Shown piece by piece: positions 27,811 to 45,810 of a DNA stretch of 64,000 nt. The notes beneath the pieces were generated by a model. It was given only the letters and a program-made list of their open reading frames with translations. It was not told the origin of the DNA and ran no database searches. The first letter of the stretch is position 1; each line of letters starts with the position of its first letter. Source of the DNA: the human T2T-CHM13v2.0 reference genome, Homo sapiens; the NCBI RefSeq assembly GCF_009914755.1, contig NC_060927.1; one strand, 5' to 3'. Made by a program: the position numbers and the translations under genes.

Positions 27811-28759
27811 TCAGCCTGGTCTAGGTGTCTGGGCAGACTGTAAAAACTACAGATTTTACAAAAGTGGGCAGAAGAGCTGACACTTGGATAGGGTGTCAGC
27901 TACAGGGAGGCACCTTCTTTTTGGCCTGTGGGAAGAGCAGGAAATTCCCAGATGGAGAAGTGAGAGAAAGACAGTCCGTACGAGAAGGAAATGGCAGGCA
28001 CACAAGTGCGAGGCCAGACATCTGAGAGTGGCATCACTGGGTGTGGAGGAGCTATGGTGAAGAGTGAGCTTGGGTGGCAGGGGACGAGGCGGGAGGGTTG
28101 GGCTGGGCCAGGTAGGGATGGTCCCTGTATGTCCTGTGTGTTGAGGCTGCTGCTTGTAGGAGGTAGAAGAGCTGGGGAAGATTATTAAGCAGAGCAGGGA
28201 CTAATTAAGTTCAAAAGCTACAAGCTTTTAACAAACCTTTAAAGGACATCTATTTTGTAATGCCTGGAAACTTGGATGACTGGTGACTCATTTAGAATTT
28301 TATGGAAAGCTTTTTAGTTCCCAGGTTCTGGGACCCCAGGTTGGCTCCCAGGTTCTGAACCTCTGTCCCCTGCCCCTGTGAACAGTGCAGACAGTAAGTG
28401 CTTATTAAGTTTACTTCCTGGGGCATCAGGTGCCAAATGTAGTATTGCTTTTTCATCCTGACAGCTGCTGCTGCTATCAAAAGCGAGAGGTAATCAACTG
28501 GTTTGTGGACCATTCTTTTCTTTGGCACCTAAGTACCAGCTCTGTTTCAACTGGGTATATCAGAATTGCTAGGGATACGTGTCTACTTTGAATGTTTATT
28601 CAATCCCTTTGCAGTTTTTATAATGAAAATTATAGAAAATTGACTTTTAAAAACACTGATGCTAAGGTGTAGAAGATAGGAGGAAAAATTATTGAGGGGA
28701 GGGTGGAGCTCAGTTTCTTGATAAAACTTTGGGAAACACTGTTTTAATTAAAGAAATGA

Positions 28760-29112
<353 letters not shown>

Positions 29113-30857
29113 CTGAATATCTTTTCTACCCGTTGCTACTTGGTGTTTGAGTTATAAGTGTCTTCTTGAGGGTTTGGGAGGTTTTTCTTTTTATATGTAC
29201 ACACATATGTACATGTGTGTGTAAAATATTCATTTATTCATGCCAGAGATATGTAGAGCTGACATCAATGGGAGGAATGTTACCAGAATTAGGTTAAGTA
29301 GTGATGAGAGTTATTCGTTCTAACAACGTTATGAGAATCTTTTCCTCCAAAATACATGAATGGGAAGTGAGGTTTTCTAACTATATTTTCTTAAAGAAGA
29401 CTGATAAGACCAAAATGTCAAGAAAGCTTTTATCAAGCTTGTTAATTTGACACACACCATAGAGACACAGGGTCCCTTGGGGAGGGCAGGTTGCTGTGAT
29501 GGAACTGTAGAGATTCTCCCTACCCACCCCTCGGGTTAGGCCTCTAGGTTCTGCCTTCTGCCTGGGTCTTAGATCTTTTGCTCCAGCCCCACCACTCCCT
29601 GAGCTCTGCTCCTTCCCACTTCTCCCGGCTCATTCAGAAGCCCTGGACAGTGTCAAGATAGAAACCCCAATGCCACACCACCTTTGTTTTCTTCCCATGG
29701 GGTTTTCCTCGGGGTCTTCAATTCCAGTCACTCCTGAGCTTCCCACTGGCCAGATCTCCTTGGCATCAGGCAGGGGCATGTTTCTGTTCTCTTCTGGGCC
29801 TGCACACCGTATGTTTGGGGTTTTTTGGCTGGCATCTCCTGGATGCTGGAAGATGGGTGCCAACATTTATTCTTAAAATTGTTTTGAGCATGGTTTAACT
29901 TAGCATAAAGGCTGCTTTACTTGTTTTCAGACTAAGGCACTCCATGGAGCTCACTCCACCTCCATCCCCCCTCTCCGTCCCCATTAGCTGTGACAGCCCA
30001 GTCATATGTCTCCCTCTCTCTGATCAGCCAGCCCAGGGCTCCTCGTTTGAATTTGGCTTCGTAATTCCTTACTTTACTTGGCATCCCAAGAAGAAGGACT
30101 TGATTCTCCTCTTATCTCAAAGTGGATTCTCCCAAACCAAAAATCTCCCTCCTCCAGCTCCTAGGAGGGTGTTTCTGTCAGGCAGACCTCCTGCCACTGT
30201 GGGTTGTGGGCAGCCCTCTGCCTGGCACATTATTACACAGTGACATCAACTACTGTCCCAGTGCCAGTGGTTTCTTGGGGGCACCGCATCTTGCCTCTGA
30301 CTTTCCATCTCATGCCCATCTTGAAAGGGGACATCACTCTTGTCCTTGTTGTCCCAGTGAGAAGCCCTGATCAGTGCTTTTTGATTTACCTCCCACTCAG
30401 TTTTAGTTCTTAAATCTCAGGATAAGAGCCCACTCCTTGCCACCTACAATTTCCTTGCATTAATCCAACAGCCTCAATGCTTGTCAATCTAAATTGCCTT
30501 GCACCCCCTCCCCCATTGCTGCACACTGGAGCCAAAATGCTTCTGAAATATAAACCTTATTGCATAACCCCCCTTCAAAAACTCTCTAGTGGTTTTCCAT
30601 TTAATTCCACCCTTCTTAAAGCTACTTGTCAGGCTTCGAACCCCCTGAGCCCCATCCTCCAGGCTGCCCTGTTTTCTGTGTGCCCCAGGAGGGCAGGTGT
30701 CCTGCCTTGTTCAGTGCAGAGCTTGGTGCGTGGTAATGGTTGTTTGGTGTTAGTCAGAGGTGAGGCGTGTGTATTTTACTATGGTGGGTAGGCAGCAAGT
30801 TGCATTTAACTTCTTTTTCTAGGAGATGGACCATAATTTTCTTATATTAAATTATCA

Positions 30858-31161
<304 letters not shown>

Positions 31162-32264
31162 TTATCGTAGAGGTTTATGGTGGCTCCTTTATTTTGCTTT
31201 TCTTTCTTTTTTGAAACATCTTTTGGGTGGAAGTGGATTTATTTGGTAGCACTCCTTGGGTCAGAAATGGAACTTCTCTTTGAAATACATTCTTATAGAG
31301 AGAGAAACTTGACCACGGTTGATTGAAGATTTAGTGCCTAGGAAGTTGGTATTTGAAAAGCATAACCTGTGTTTATGCTGTCTGAAGGCATGGTTTATTA
31401 TTTTTTCACCTTCATTGGTCTCACTCTTGCTTCCTTATTTCTTGGAACAGGAAATCTAAAACCTAGAAGTTAGTTGGTGGCTGCTCAGAGCCCCTTGGCT
31501 TGGATAGAGTCTCCTGAGAAAACCTAAGCCTCTGAACCCAAGGTCAGGGTTCTTTCTTTCCCCTAGGCCCAAATGCTGCTCGCTCTGTTTACACACTTCC
31601 TACACATCGATGGTTTGTGCCTTGCTCTCGTGTCCTTTATGGTCTTCCGTTTTAGTACAGGAGCCAGACTGGCCTCGGTGCAGTCTCTGCAATGCAGCCT
31701 CATTCTCTGTGACCTCAGTGGGGTCCTTAACATCCAGATTCTTAATGTCTCAGAGCCTCAGTTTTCTTATCTGTGGAGTAGTCATCGCGACTACCCTGCA
31801 GGGTTGTTGTGAAGATTAATTGAGAAAGCATGTTAAATCCCTTGACATGATAGGGGCACCATCGGTGTTAGCTGCTACCTCTACCGAGAGTCTGTTATTT
31901 TGACATTTGCCACCTGCTAGCTGTGTGACATTGGGTGAGTTATTCAGCGTCTCTGGGCCTTAGTTTTCTGTTGTAAAATGGTGTTAATATAAGTGCTTAC
32001 CCCTTATAGTATTGCTCTGAAGATTACATAAAATAATCCATATAGAGGGTTATGAATGGTGCCTGGCCATGGTCACTGTGCTTAGTAAAGGTCAGCTCAC
32101 TGCAACCTCCACCTCCCGGGTCCAAGCAATTCTCCTGCCTCAGCCTCCCAAGTTAGGATTACAGGCATCTGCCACCACGGCTGGCTAATTTTTGTGTTTT
32201 TAGTAGAGACAGGTGTGCATTTTATTGGGTTCAATTTTTAAAATATTTTAAAGCTTTATAAAAT

Positions 32265-32900
32265 AGCAACACAAGGGGTCCTTGTAAGTGGTAGATACAT
32301 GAACCAACACAGGTAATAAAATTACATAGAGCTTAATACACACATGTGCACACAAATAAGTGCAAGTAAAACGGGAACTCTGAGGAAAAGTTATGGATTG
32401 TATCAGTGCTGATATCCTGGTTGGGATATTATGATCTTGCAGAATGTTACCATTGGGGGAACTGGATAAAGGGTATACAGGATCCCTCTGTATTATTTCT
32501 TCAAGATGGAGTCCTGCCCTGCTGCCCAGGCTGGAGTGCAGTGGCACGACTTCTGCCTCCCGGGTTCAAGTGATTCTCCTGCCTCAGCCTCCCGAGTAGC
32601 TGGGACTACAGGTGTGTGCCACCACACCTGGCTAATTTTTGTGTGTATATATATATATACACACAAAATTTTTATATATATGCAAAATTATATATATACA
32701 AAAATATATATAAAATTTTATATATATACAAAAATTTTTTTTTTAGTGGAGACAGGGTTTTGCCATGTTGCCCAGGCTAGTCTCGAATTTCTAACCTCAA
32801 GTGGTCCATCTGCCTTGGCCTCGCAAAGTGCTGGGATAACAGCCATTAGCCACCTCACCCGGCCCCCTCTGTGTTATTTCTTCTGTCTGCTTGTGGTTAT
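32265..32900 (+). mobile_element. L1MD/MC-type 3' end with nested minus-strand Alu (32502-32864) whose linker is expanded into an AT-rich microsatellite
   Basis: TSD CTCTGT(A/G)TTATTTCTT at 32486 and 32867; (TA)-rich tract 32640-32740. Confidence 0.65.
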
Positions 32901-34811
32901 CTACACATGACTGACTATCTGAATAATTACAGTTACCTTAATTCAAAAACTTAGCCTTAAAAATTTGAGTATTATCTCTAAATAATATAGTGTTAGAGAA
33001 ATAGCAGCTCTGAATCTTCTTGTACAGATAATAGAGCCAGGTTAGTTAAAAGGTAGCCCAGTTTTCTTTTTTTCCAGGAAGGCAGAGGACTCAGTTTTTT
33101 GAGGAGAGTGGGCGCCGGTGAGTGGGGATAAGCAGGCCCTCAAGTGACAACACAAATTTAAACACAGAGACCACTTAGTTGCTGTGGTCTGTTACCTGGT
33201 GTATAAAGGGTGCTGCAGATGCTTTGGCGTGCTGGCTGGGGGGCCCCAGGGTTTGTATCTGCACGCCTGCAGACCATCACAGCTGTGCGTGAAGAAGACT
33301 AACTCGGGTTGGTAGCATAGGAGTCTTCACTTAAGCACTTGTGTGACCTCGAGCTGATGGACTATCTAGAGCAATTTGAGCTGGACTTCATCTACATCAA
33401 ATTAGATCCTGGTTTAAAGCTACCCTTATAAATCTCCCTTGCTTCTCCCTCCCTGGCAGCTCTGTCTGAGGCAGCATATTTCCCCCCACGCTTGGACAGG
33501 AGGGATCTCATGAAAGTGTTGGGTGGAGGGGTCTTGTCTGCTGGCTCTGGTGGCACTGTCTTGGTAGGGTTTCAGATTTAGAACCAGATTTCAGGTCTCC
33601 TCCCTAAGTTAGAAAATCATTCCAACAGATCCGATTTCTCTGAGCTAATTTACTAGGATGATCTCTACTTGCATTTAATAAAATATTCAGAGACCTATTG
33701 AATTCCAGTTGCTGTTTGCCATTTGTAATGCTGCTGAGTTTGACTTAGTAATACACTTCAATTCCCAAATGTGTCGCATGGGCTGTTACTGAATGTGGGT
33801 CATTAGGAAAGCTTTGACTCTTAACAGAATTATTCACTGAAGTCTTAGTTACAAAACATTACTAAGAAGTTATTTATTTAGTCCCAAAGTGACAGGTTTC
33901 AAAAAATTTTGCACGTTGGCTGGCCATAAATCCATTTATATTCACTCCTCCCCCAATAGAATAAAACTTACGCTACCTTCTTGGTGTTTGTTGAGCGGCG
34001 AATCAGTTCCTTGTCACTGATTTAAAATAAAACAACCCTGATGTATCTTTAGCAGACAAAAGCGTTCTTTTGTTTCACAACCCATTTCTCCAACGGAAGA
34101 AGAACAAAGACCCATAGTCCTAAAGTGCTTGTGTGCAGCCTTGTATGACCACAGTAAATTGTACATGTAATGAAATATTACTCTGTGTGTGTGTGTGTGC
34201 AATCATAGTAGTCTTTTTAATGTATATTTAAAAAATAACAACCTAGTTTTCATGGTATGGAGCTGGTTGCATAACCTTAGAATGTAGGCCACTTGAGGAG
34301 GAGGGGGCTATGCCATTATGAAATTATCAGTTTAAGACTATTGTTTAATAATTATGCCAACAGCTGCTTTCTGAAGGATCCCAGTCTGTTCGTATGGTTG
34401 GGTCTGTATGGTTAGTGGAGTCTAAATCCTACAGGCCTTTCTGATCATTCACACATGGGTGGCTGTGCTACTGGCCCCCACCCCACCTACTTCAGTTTGC
34501 TGAATATCTGTGAGGCCAGACCCCCTTCCACTCCATTGCTTCACCCTCAGCACATGCTCATACACACAGACACACAATGTCAAGGTTTCACAGGGGTTAC
34601 GAGTCCCCCTACCCCCAGACTCATCCTCCAGTCGTTGGAACTGGGAAATGAAGTCTGGTGGTGGTGAGTACATTGCGGGTTGAACCCAGCGAGCCAGTGA
34701 CCCTCTGTGTCTAATGTGCAGGCACAACATTAGGGGCACTTTTTTAGATGAGTCATTTGTTTGGCAGGTTTGTGACATTGGGAGTCTCATTGTCATTTTT
34801 ATTTCTTACAG

Positions 34812-34888
34812 TTTTATGTGCTGAAAGAGTTGGCCAGATGACTAAGACATATAATGACATAGATGCTGTCACTCGGCTTCTTGAGGAG
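34812..34888 (+). CDS. TRAK1: TRAK1 shared exon (VLCAERVGQMTKTYNDIDAVTRLLEE), HAP1_N domain
   Basis: Acceptor TTTCTTACAG, donor GAG|GTAAGT, 77 nt, phase 1-0. Confidence 0.97.
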
Positions 34889-36606
34889 GTAAGTGCTCCA
34901 GGGGAAGGCAAAAGAGTTGTTTATAATTGACTGGTTTTCATGGATACTGATTAAAGCATGCCTTATCACCTGTTTCAGTGAGGAATCTTGGAAATTGGTC
35001 TCTTTCGAGGTATAATTTAATGGCTTTACTTTTTGAACTAGTAGCTATGTAGGCCTTTATAGCTGTAATTGTGTGCAGATATTTTAAAGGAATATATTAA
35101 TGGCACCAAATGTGGTGTGTTTAAATACTTGTTAGAATATCCAGTTGTAAGTATAAAAAATCCTGAAACATTGACTAATGATATATTTTAAGTGCATCCA
35201 AAAAATGTCAGAAAAATATATCATATCTGTGTCTTCCTAATGTATTTAAGTTTTTACTTAGGCTAGTGGAATATTGTGCAGTGTCAGCGTGGAAATAAGT
35301 AAAATAAGCATGGCAAGAAAAATTTAAGAAAGTTGCTTAAGATTAGGTGAGCTGCCTGTATTTTAGAGACTGTAGTTTTCTGAATTTCTCGGTATTCTGT
35401 TGCAATTGAGAATTAAGTATTATGAAGGTCTCTAGAAACAGATGAGTATAATATGTGTATGTGCATGCCTGGAACAGGCCAGAACATGGTGGGTTCTTAG
35501 TATTTGTTGAATAAGTCTCCATCATTAATGCACTGCCCCCTTCACTGAATCAGGCCTTAAATGGACAGGTGCTGCCTTCTAGACCCTTGCTTCTGATCTG
35601 GAATCTGGAATGATTTTGGGGCGTGTGACTATGATGTGGAGGACACAGAAATCATTGTTACTGTTTTCAGCCAGTGGGAGGTCAGGGTTGAAGCTCAGAC
35701 AGAAACTGGGCCAGACTCGTTTCCCAGAGGTTTTTCTGGAGTGTGTGGCATTCTTCCACCGTTTTTGTGTGTCTCTCTTCCCATGTCTCTACCGCTGCAC
35801 ATCCAGCATTCTCTTCCTGGTCCTGCCATCCACTCCTGTTTGATCCTCTGACGTGGGGAAGTCACAAACTCATCAGCTCCCCAGAAGTGATGTCAGGGTT
35901 TTTGGCTATGTGACAGGGTGTCAAGGGCGGTATTTTGGGGGACCGACCTTCAGCCTTTGGGTGTCACTCCAGTTGCAGCTGTCTTTGGTGTTAGCCACGT
36001 GGCAGGCTGCCTTGGTTGGCACCACCGACTTTTGAAAATGGTTAATCACTGACCCCTTTCTGCTGCATCTGTTTCCCGCAACAGTGCTCTCCAGATCTTA
36101 CAAAGTGCTTCCGGCACCCGCTCATCACCCCGTTCGGGTCATTGAGTCTTCTGAGAGGGGTCCTAATCTGTACCTTTATTTTTATTCCAAGGCGGCCACC
36201 ACTCAAGCTCTTGGGGCCTCAGCAGTGAGATTGTAGCTTCTCTCTGCTTTACTCTTCCTTGCAGCTGCCACCGTCCATGCCCTCTGTGACCCGCTCACCC
36301 TTTCTGTAAAGCTCCTCGCTGTGTAGTCAAGGCCACCCATTGCTCAAGGTCCTGAACCCTCCTCTTCACTGTCCTGAACCTTCACTGTCACTGGGGACAT
36401 GGCTCCTGCTCTCCCGCCCTTGGCCTTCTATGGCATTTAACTGCGTTGGTTCTTTCCTGCTTCTCAGTCTTGTGCTGCAGGGCCTGCCGGGGACCTTTGA
36501 AGATGGCCCCAACTCCATCCCCAGGTAGTCTGTGCCCTTGCTGAGCCCCAGGCATAGGAGTCACCCCATAGTCCTGTTTGTTTTGTTCATCCAGCTGGAT
36601 GAACAA

Positions 36607-37116
36607 TTTATTTTTTATTTTTTGTGGAGGCGGGATCTCCTTATATTGCCCAGGCTGATATTAAACTCTGAGGCTCAAACAGTCCTCCTGGCCTGGTGCA
36701 GTGTCTTATGCCTATAAATCCCAGCACTTTGGGAGGCCAAGACAGGTAGATCACTTGAGCACAGGAGTTTGAGACCAGCCTTGCCAACATGGCCAAACCA
36801 TGTGTCTACAAAAAATACAAAAATTAGCCAGGTATGGTGGCCTGTGCCTGTAATCCCAGCTACTCGGGAGGCTGAGGTAGGAGGATCGCTTGAGCTCTGG
36901 AGGTGGAGATTGCCGTGCACCGAGATCATGTCACTGCACTCCACCTGGGCACCAGAGCGAGACTCTGTCTCAAAAAATAAAACAAAACAAAACAAAATTA
37001 GAAGCAAACTACAGCCACTGTTTATTTGAATCTCTCACATTTTTAAATTAAAAAATTCTCTCACCTTGACCTCCCAAAGTGCTGGGATTATAGGCATGAA
37101 CCACCGTACCCAGCCT
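36607..37116. mobile_element. Minus-strand Alu monomer split by a + strand AluJ (36690-36997) carrying extra 3' sequence
   Basis: Monomer halves at 36607-36689 and ~37056-37116. Confidence 0.8.
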
Positions 37117-38239
37117 GTTTTATTTTTAAAGGGTCTTCATGGCAACAGCGTCTGTTTATGTCTTTGTGTTCCATGTCTAATGCCATTCTGTTCCTGTCCT
37201 GATAAGATTCATGCCTGAGTTACTGCCTTTCCTTGGAACTAGGAGGGTGTCCTGGTTAAAGTCTAACTGTCCCAGTCATGTGGCTGTTGCACTGTGCGGT
37301 GGTTTTCCTGGGCTTTGGCTCTGTTTCTTCTGTTCTCTTGCTATGATTTCCATGCCTGCCACAGGCAGGCAAATGGGGGATTCGCACAGGATCCCAAAGC
37401 ACAGCCTTCCACCAGCGTGGAGAGTTCGCTTCTGGTTTTAAGGGGAAGAGGATGCTGTGGCTCACCTGGGCTTGCTGCTGTCTGGAATGCACCTTTGGGC
37501 AGAGCTTGCCTCCTCCTCGGTTACAGAGAGGGTGATTCCACTGGCCCCTTAGTCATGCTTTTTATCCTGAAATTGGTGAATGAGATGAGTCAGTTGCTAA
37601 GTGTAGGCGGCAGGCTGTTTGGAATCTCTAGTGGGTGTGTCAGTCAGTGCAAGAGTTCATTGGTAAAAAGGGGCTGAGACTCAAGTTACAGTCTTTTTTA
37701 AGTCTATGCTTTTAAAGCATAGTGAGGAGAGGGAGCAGGCAGTTAGAATGAGCTCTACCTTGCCTCATTTCTTGGGGGAATAAAGGAACTAGTTCTTTTA
37801 ATACCTTATTTCCAAGGGCCTAAATTACTTGTTTGTGGTCTCTTTTTCTCATTGTAGTTTAATCCAGTGGCCATCTTCTAGCTGTTTTCTTGTTTTTATC
37901 CTTTTTTTTTGGTAGGGATGGTGTCTCACTATGTTGCCCAGGCTGGTCTTAAACTCCTGGCCTTCTCAAACTCCTGATTCTCCCACCTTGGGCTCCCAAA
38001 GTGTTGGGATTACAGACATAAGCTGCCACGCCCAACCTGTTTTCTTGTTTTTAGAAGTAAACATTAATCATATTTTGGCTAGAGAAATGGGAGGTTTTTT
38101 TCATTCTTATAATTCTCAAAGAAAAACCCAACCAGCTTGTTGCCTCAGTAAAATTAAAGAGAAAAAACTAGAGACACTACAATAACGTTTCTGTTTAAAT
38201 TTTCATTTTATCTATAAATATTTTTAATGTAACTTTTTA

Positions 38240-39579
<1,340 letters not shown>

Positions 39580-39954
39580 TCAGCGCTTGTTGGAACTTGG
39601 CAGCCTGGATGCATGAAGGCAATGCAGACCAGGTAGTCAGGTAGTGAGCTGAGGAGCACTGATGAAGCAACTGCTGAGTGTTCAGTCTGAGAACTAGTTC
39701 TAGTAGAGACATTAGGTAGACTTGAGTTAGATTTTTGGAGACTATACTTCCAAAGAGAAGTGAACATTGGTATTGCAGTTTTAACCAAATCCACCTGAAA
39801 CCACTTGGACTAGGTGCTAATTTTCAGTCAGCCTCTGGAGACTTTAATTCTGTGCAGTCTCCCTCACACAGTTCTTTGAATCCTTTCCTCTAGGTACCTA
39901 ATAAGCACAGCTGTTGAGTCTGAGAAATGACAAAGGGCCATGAAATAAGGTACC

Positions 39955-40574
<620 letters not shown>

Positions 40575-41271
40575 TATTTACAGCTCATTTTTGATACTGT
40601 GATACCTGGCTGGCTTGTGGGACTGTGGTGACAGCATTGCCAGTTTGGGGACTGTGGAAGGCCTGGAGGAGAGAGACCATCATCCTGCAAGAGGGAGCCA
40701 AAGTGCTGTTGAATCCAGTCTTCTCAAACTGTACTTGACCTCAAGTGCTGCGCTCATACTGCAGTGAAGTTCCTGTGGTTAGCAAAGGGAGATGTCTGCT
40801 ATTGCATGGAATAATTGGGTGGCTATCCAAGACGTTAGAAATAAAAGCGGATTTTTCTCTTTATTCTAAAACTCAGTGAATCATAAAGCTAGAGAGTTTT
40901 TCCAGAATATCTCAGCTAGCCTGCACCTTTACTCTACCTTCATTTAACAGTTGAGGGAACCTATGTTCAAGTAGGGAACCCATACTCTCCCAGTTTACAG
41001 TAGGATAGTTCACCTGGAGCAGTTCAATTTGTGACCAGTACCTGCTGTAAGAAACACAGCTTAGGTTGTGACCCAGTACTCATATAGGTGAATATGTGAC
41101 AAACAACAGTTTAAACATGAAATAATATTCTTATTACATATAATGCACTTTGGTGTTTTCAATTCTGTGCCATTGTATTTAAGTTAAAACAAAATGTCGG
41201 TTGCTGTTACTAAAATGGTTTCTTAACCCACTAATGAGTTTGAAACCTGTGGCCTGAAAAATGAATCTGTT

Positions 41272-41580
41272 GGCCTGGCGCAGTGGTTCACACCTGTAAT
41301 CCCAGCATTTTGGGAGGTCGAGGAGGGCGAATCACCTGAGATCAGGAGTTTGAGACCAGTCTGGCCAACGTGGTGAAACCCTGTCTCTACTAAAAATACA
41401 AAAATTAGCTGGGTGTGGTGGCACATACCTGTAATCCCAGCTACCCAAGGGGCTGAGGCAGGAGAATTGCTTGAACCTGAGAGGTGGAGGTTACAGTGAG
41501 CCGAGATCGTGCTACTGTATCCAACCTGGGTGACAGAGTGAGACTCTGTCTAAAAAAAAAAAAAAAAAAGAAAGAAAGAA
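41272..41580 (+). mobile_element. AluS
   Basis: Full dimer. Confidence 0.93.
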
Positions 41581-42682
41581 TCAATCTGTAGTGTACTTTA
41601 TCCCTGTGAAGCAAAAGCCGTTTGCCTGGGACCGTGTGGGTAGTTAATAGCAGGTGTTGGATCAGAACCTAGGACTCCTCCCCAGCATTTTTCCTACCCC
41701 AAACGACATGTTTCCATTCTTTCTTTCAAACCAGATGAGCAGAGTAATTAGCATAGACTTCTAAAATGATTTAATTTTTCTGACTTCTCCTCACCTTGCC
41801 AAAACCCAAGTTGAATCTGACTGGTAGCAACTCGCTAAGTCTGCATTTGCTGATGGCGTCTGTCCACTATCAGGGGACGTCTTTTTTCCCACAGAGGCTT
41901 CCCTGACTTTATATGCCACTCCAAATTTTCCTCTGTATACTGGCTCTGCCTAATTGATGCCATCAGCTCAGCTAACAGAAAATTCTGTGCCCTTAAGAGT
42001 GTTTTTGTCTCTGAAGGATGGCAATTTTATGCATAACGTCTCCGTTTTGAAAGTTGTTTTTTTCTTAAATGAAACCTAAGTAGCCTTTTCTAAGTAAAAA
42101 AACAGAAAAGCATGTAATTGTTTTTGAGAGTAACTTTAAACATTTTTGTTTCACATGAGGCAAAAATAAGGAATTCAATGCATTCCAGCCTAATGTGTGC
42201 TAAAGAGGCTGCCTCCCTGTGTCAGCTCTTGGCTTCATTGTCAGAGCATTTTAGAATTTCTATATTTATTCATTCATTCACTTAACAAATAGCTACTGTT
42301 TCCCTGTGCCGGGCCCTGGCAATACAATAGCCCAGCCCTCAGGTGGAGAGACAGGTTATCAAGTGACTGCACAAATATCAAAAGCAGTTGCAAATAATTG
42401 TTTTTAGAAGCATTTTTTTCTTTCCTGTAGGAACAAAGATTTGTTTTCATTACATTGTCAGGCTTCCCTTTCCTTGTGTGATGTCTGTGTAGCTCTCACA
42501 CACTATGTGGGCAGAGGTTATGCCTGTTTTAACAGGCATCAAATGCTAACACAGATGGTGAATTATTAATTCCTTTGTTATTTCTAGATGCTTATGTTTT
42601 CCTCATTTGACACTGAGCACCATTGACTCCTTCAGGAAACACAGGTCTTTTGAATCTCTGTTCTCCCTCTTTCCTTTTGTAG

Positions 42683-42799
42683 AAAGAGCGGGATTTAGAA
42701 TTGGCCGCTCGCATCGGCCAGTCGTTGTTGAAGAAGAACAAGACCCTAACCGAGAGGAACGAGCTGCTGGAGGAGCAGGTGGAACACATCAGGGAGGAG
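42683..42799 (+). CDS. TRAK1: TRAK1 exon (KERDLELAARIGQSLL...HIREE), CC1-box dynein-adaptor motif
   Basis: Acceptor CCTTTTGTAG, donor GAG|GTAAGA, 117 nt, phase 0-0; AAxxG CC1-box signature. Confidence 0.97.
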
Positions 42800-43609
42800 G
42801 TAAGACATTGGAGGCCGAGGCTTCCAGAGGGGCCCGCCACAGGCCTGGGAGCTGGAGGCATGGCTGAAGGAGATGAGAGAATGGAGTCCTAGTTGGAAGG
42901 ACGCTCCCGAGGGCACGACCGCGGCCTGAGCCCAGAACTGTCTCTTCTGAAACGTTCACCTGGGGACTAAAAGCCACCTTCCTGCAGCTCCTGCTGCTGC
43001 TTGTGTCTCTTTTCTTTCCTCAGGCCATGTGGATGGGATGGCTAAGGGCGGGCATGGTCCTCACTCAGTCGTACATCTGTGTGCCATGTTGGGCCAGCCA
43101 CAGTCCTTGTCCTCAGAGAGTCTAGACTCTAACGATGCAGGCTGATCAAGATGCTCCATGCTTGGCAGAAGGGCACCCAGGCTAACACCACAACGAGCAG
43201 GGGTTCCTGAGTCAGGCTGGGCGTGGGCAGCTGGAGAAGGAGCCCTGTTAGGAGGCCAGCTCGTGTACACAGAGGAAAGTGGTGACTCACATTCATCGTT
43301 GTAGTATAATTTTGTGTGTGTAAAACAAAACAAGACAAAAATAGCCTGTTGTTTTCATGATAGAAACCCTCTTATTTCCATGATATAAATCTTGGCTGAT
43401 GGATATCAATGGTGAGAGGAAGGGAATGGAGCTTTTCGGCTTATCTTAGGGTATCTAGGTTTAGAAGGAATGATGCTGATTTTCTGGAAGGGACGTGGTG
43501 TGGACAGAGGAGAGCGGCTGTGGAGTCAGATGGGGTTGCTAGGGCAAGAATAAGAAGCTTAGAGCCAGGCCCTACGTAGTAGCTTCTTTCTATCACTCTG
43601 TTCTTCTAA

Positions 43610-44279
<670 letters not shown>

Positions 44280-45441
44280 TCTTCTCCCTTATTTTCTATC
44301 AGAAACTTTCTTAGTGGGAGTGGATGCCCTTGTTCATGTTCCTAAGATGTATTCAACCTTTTTCCTTGTTAAAGCTATTCCCAGTACATTGTTGTCTGGG
44401 TTTAACAGTAGTTTTAATATGATGAAGCATAGTCGCCACTATGTAAGAAAAGTTTTAATCCTGGGCTTTAAGATTTGATAAGGGAGAATGCTGTTGTATT
44501 TTAGGAGAAATAAAGTGATTCGTGCATTCCCTGCCCCCAGAGTCACGACCTGGATTCCCTCTCATGTGACTGGTGAGAAGGCATGCTGGGTCAGCCTGGC
44601 CCCCTCCTAGCCACTTCTGAGCAGAGGGACATGCCAGCCAGTAACTCACAAATGGTCACCCGTCAGCTTCTTCACTATACTGTTCTTGCTTGGGACAAGC
44701 CTCACCTTGCACAAAGAGGATCCAGCTCTCTGGGAGTGGAAATGCCTTTTTTCCCCCTTGGAAAAGCTTTGAATTTGAAAGCTATGAATGTTTCCCTTTG
44801 GCATATTATTAAATTATCAGTCTAGGTGTCGAAGCTAAAACTTTTATGCACGTAAAATTGTCTTCTCCATGGAAGACGTAATAATTCACTCTGTTTTGTA
44901 GAAAAGTTGCAATAAACCATAGACCCTAAGTCAAATTATAAACAAGAAAGAGTTAAAACGTAACTGCAATTCTTCTTATAGCACTGGTTCCCTATTCTTC
45001 AGTACTGCAGAGTGAAAGGGCAGATGAAAACTTTTACAGTCCAACTTTATTTAAAAACCTTAAGTACAAATCAGGGTGATTTGCAAAGCCATCTCAGCAG
45101 AAGTCAATGTAGCCATTCCCTGATGGTTGGCTCTTTTCTTCCTGTGTGTGAAATTCCTATCTAGTAAGCATTGAGCACGGAACGAGGTCTGGCTGGGCTT
45201 GTCCAGGAGCCTTGTGAGGGTGCATCACAGAATGGGGCTGTGTGGTCATCCAAGTGTGAGAGCAAGGGTCGGTGAGCTGCCTGTATTGCCCGTGCAGAGC
45301 TGGCATCTCCAGGACCCTATTTGGAGTTGGGATTTGGTTCTGGCAGAAGTGAATGAATGGCCTTTTCTTTCATTTAGTAACATGATCAATTTTTCTGGCT
45401 ATTTGCCCAGCTGATCATCTGGCTATTTCCAAAGCCCCTGA

Positions 45442-45810
<369 letters not shown>

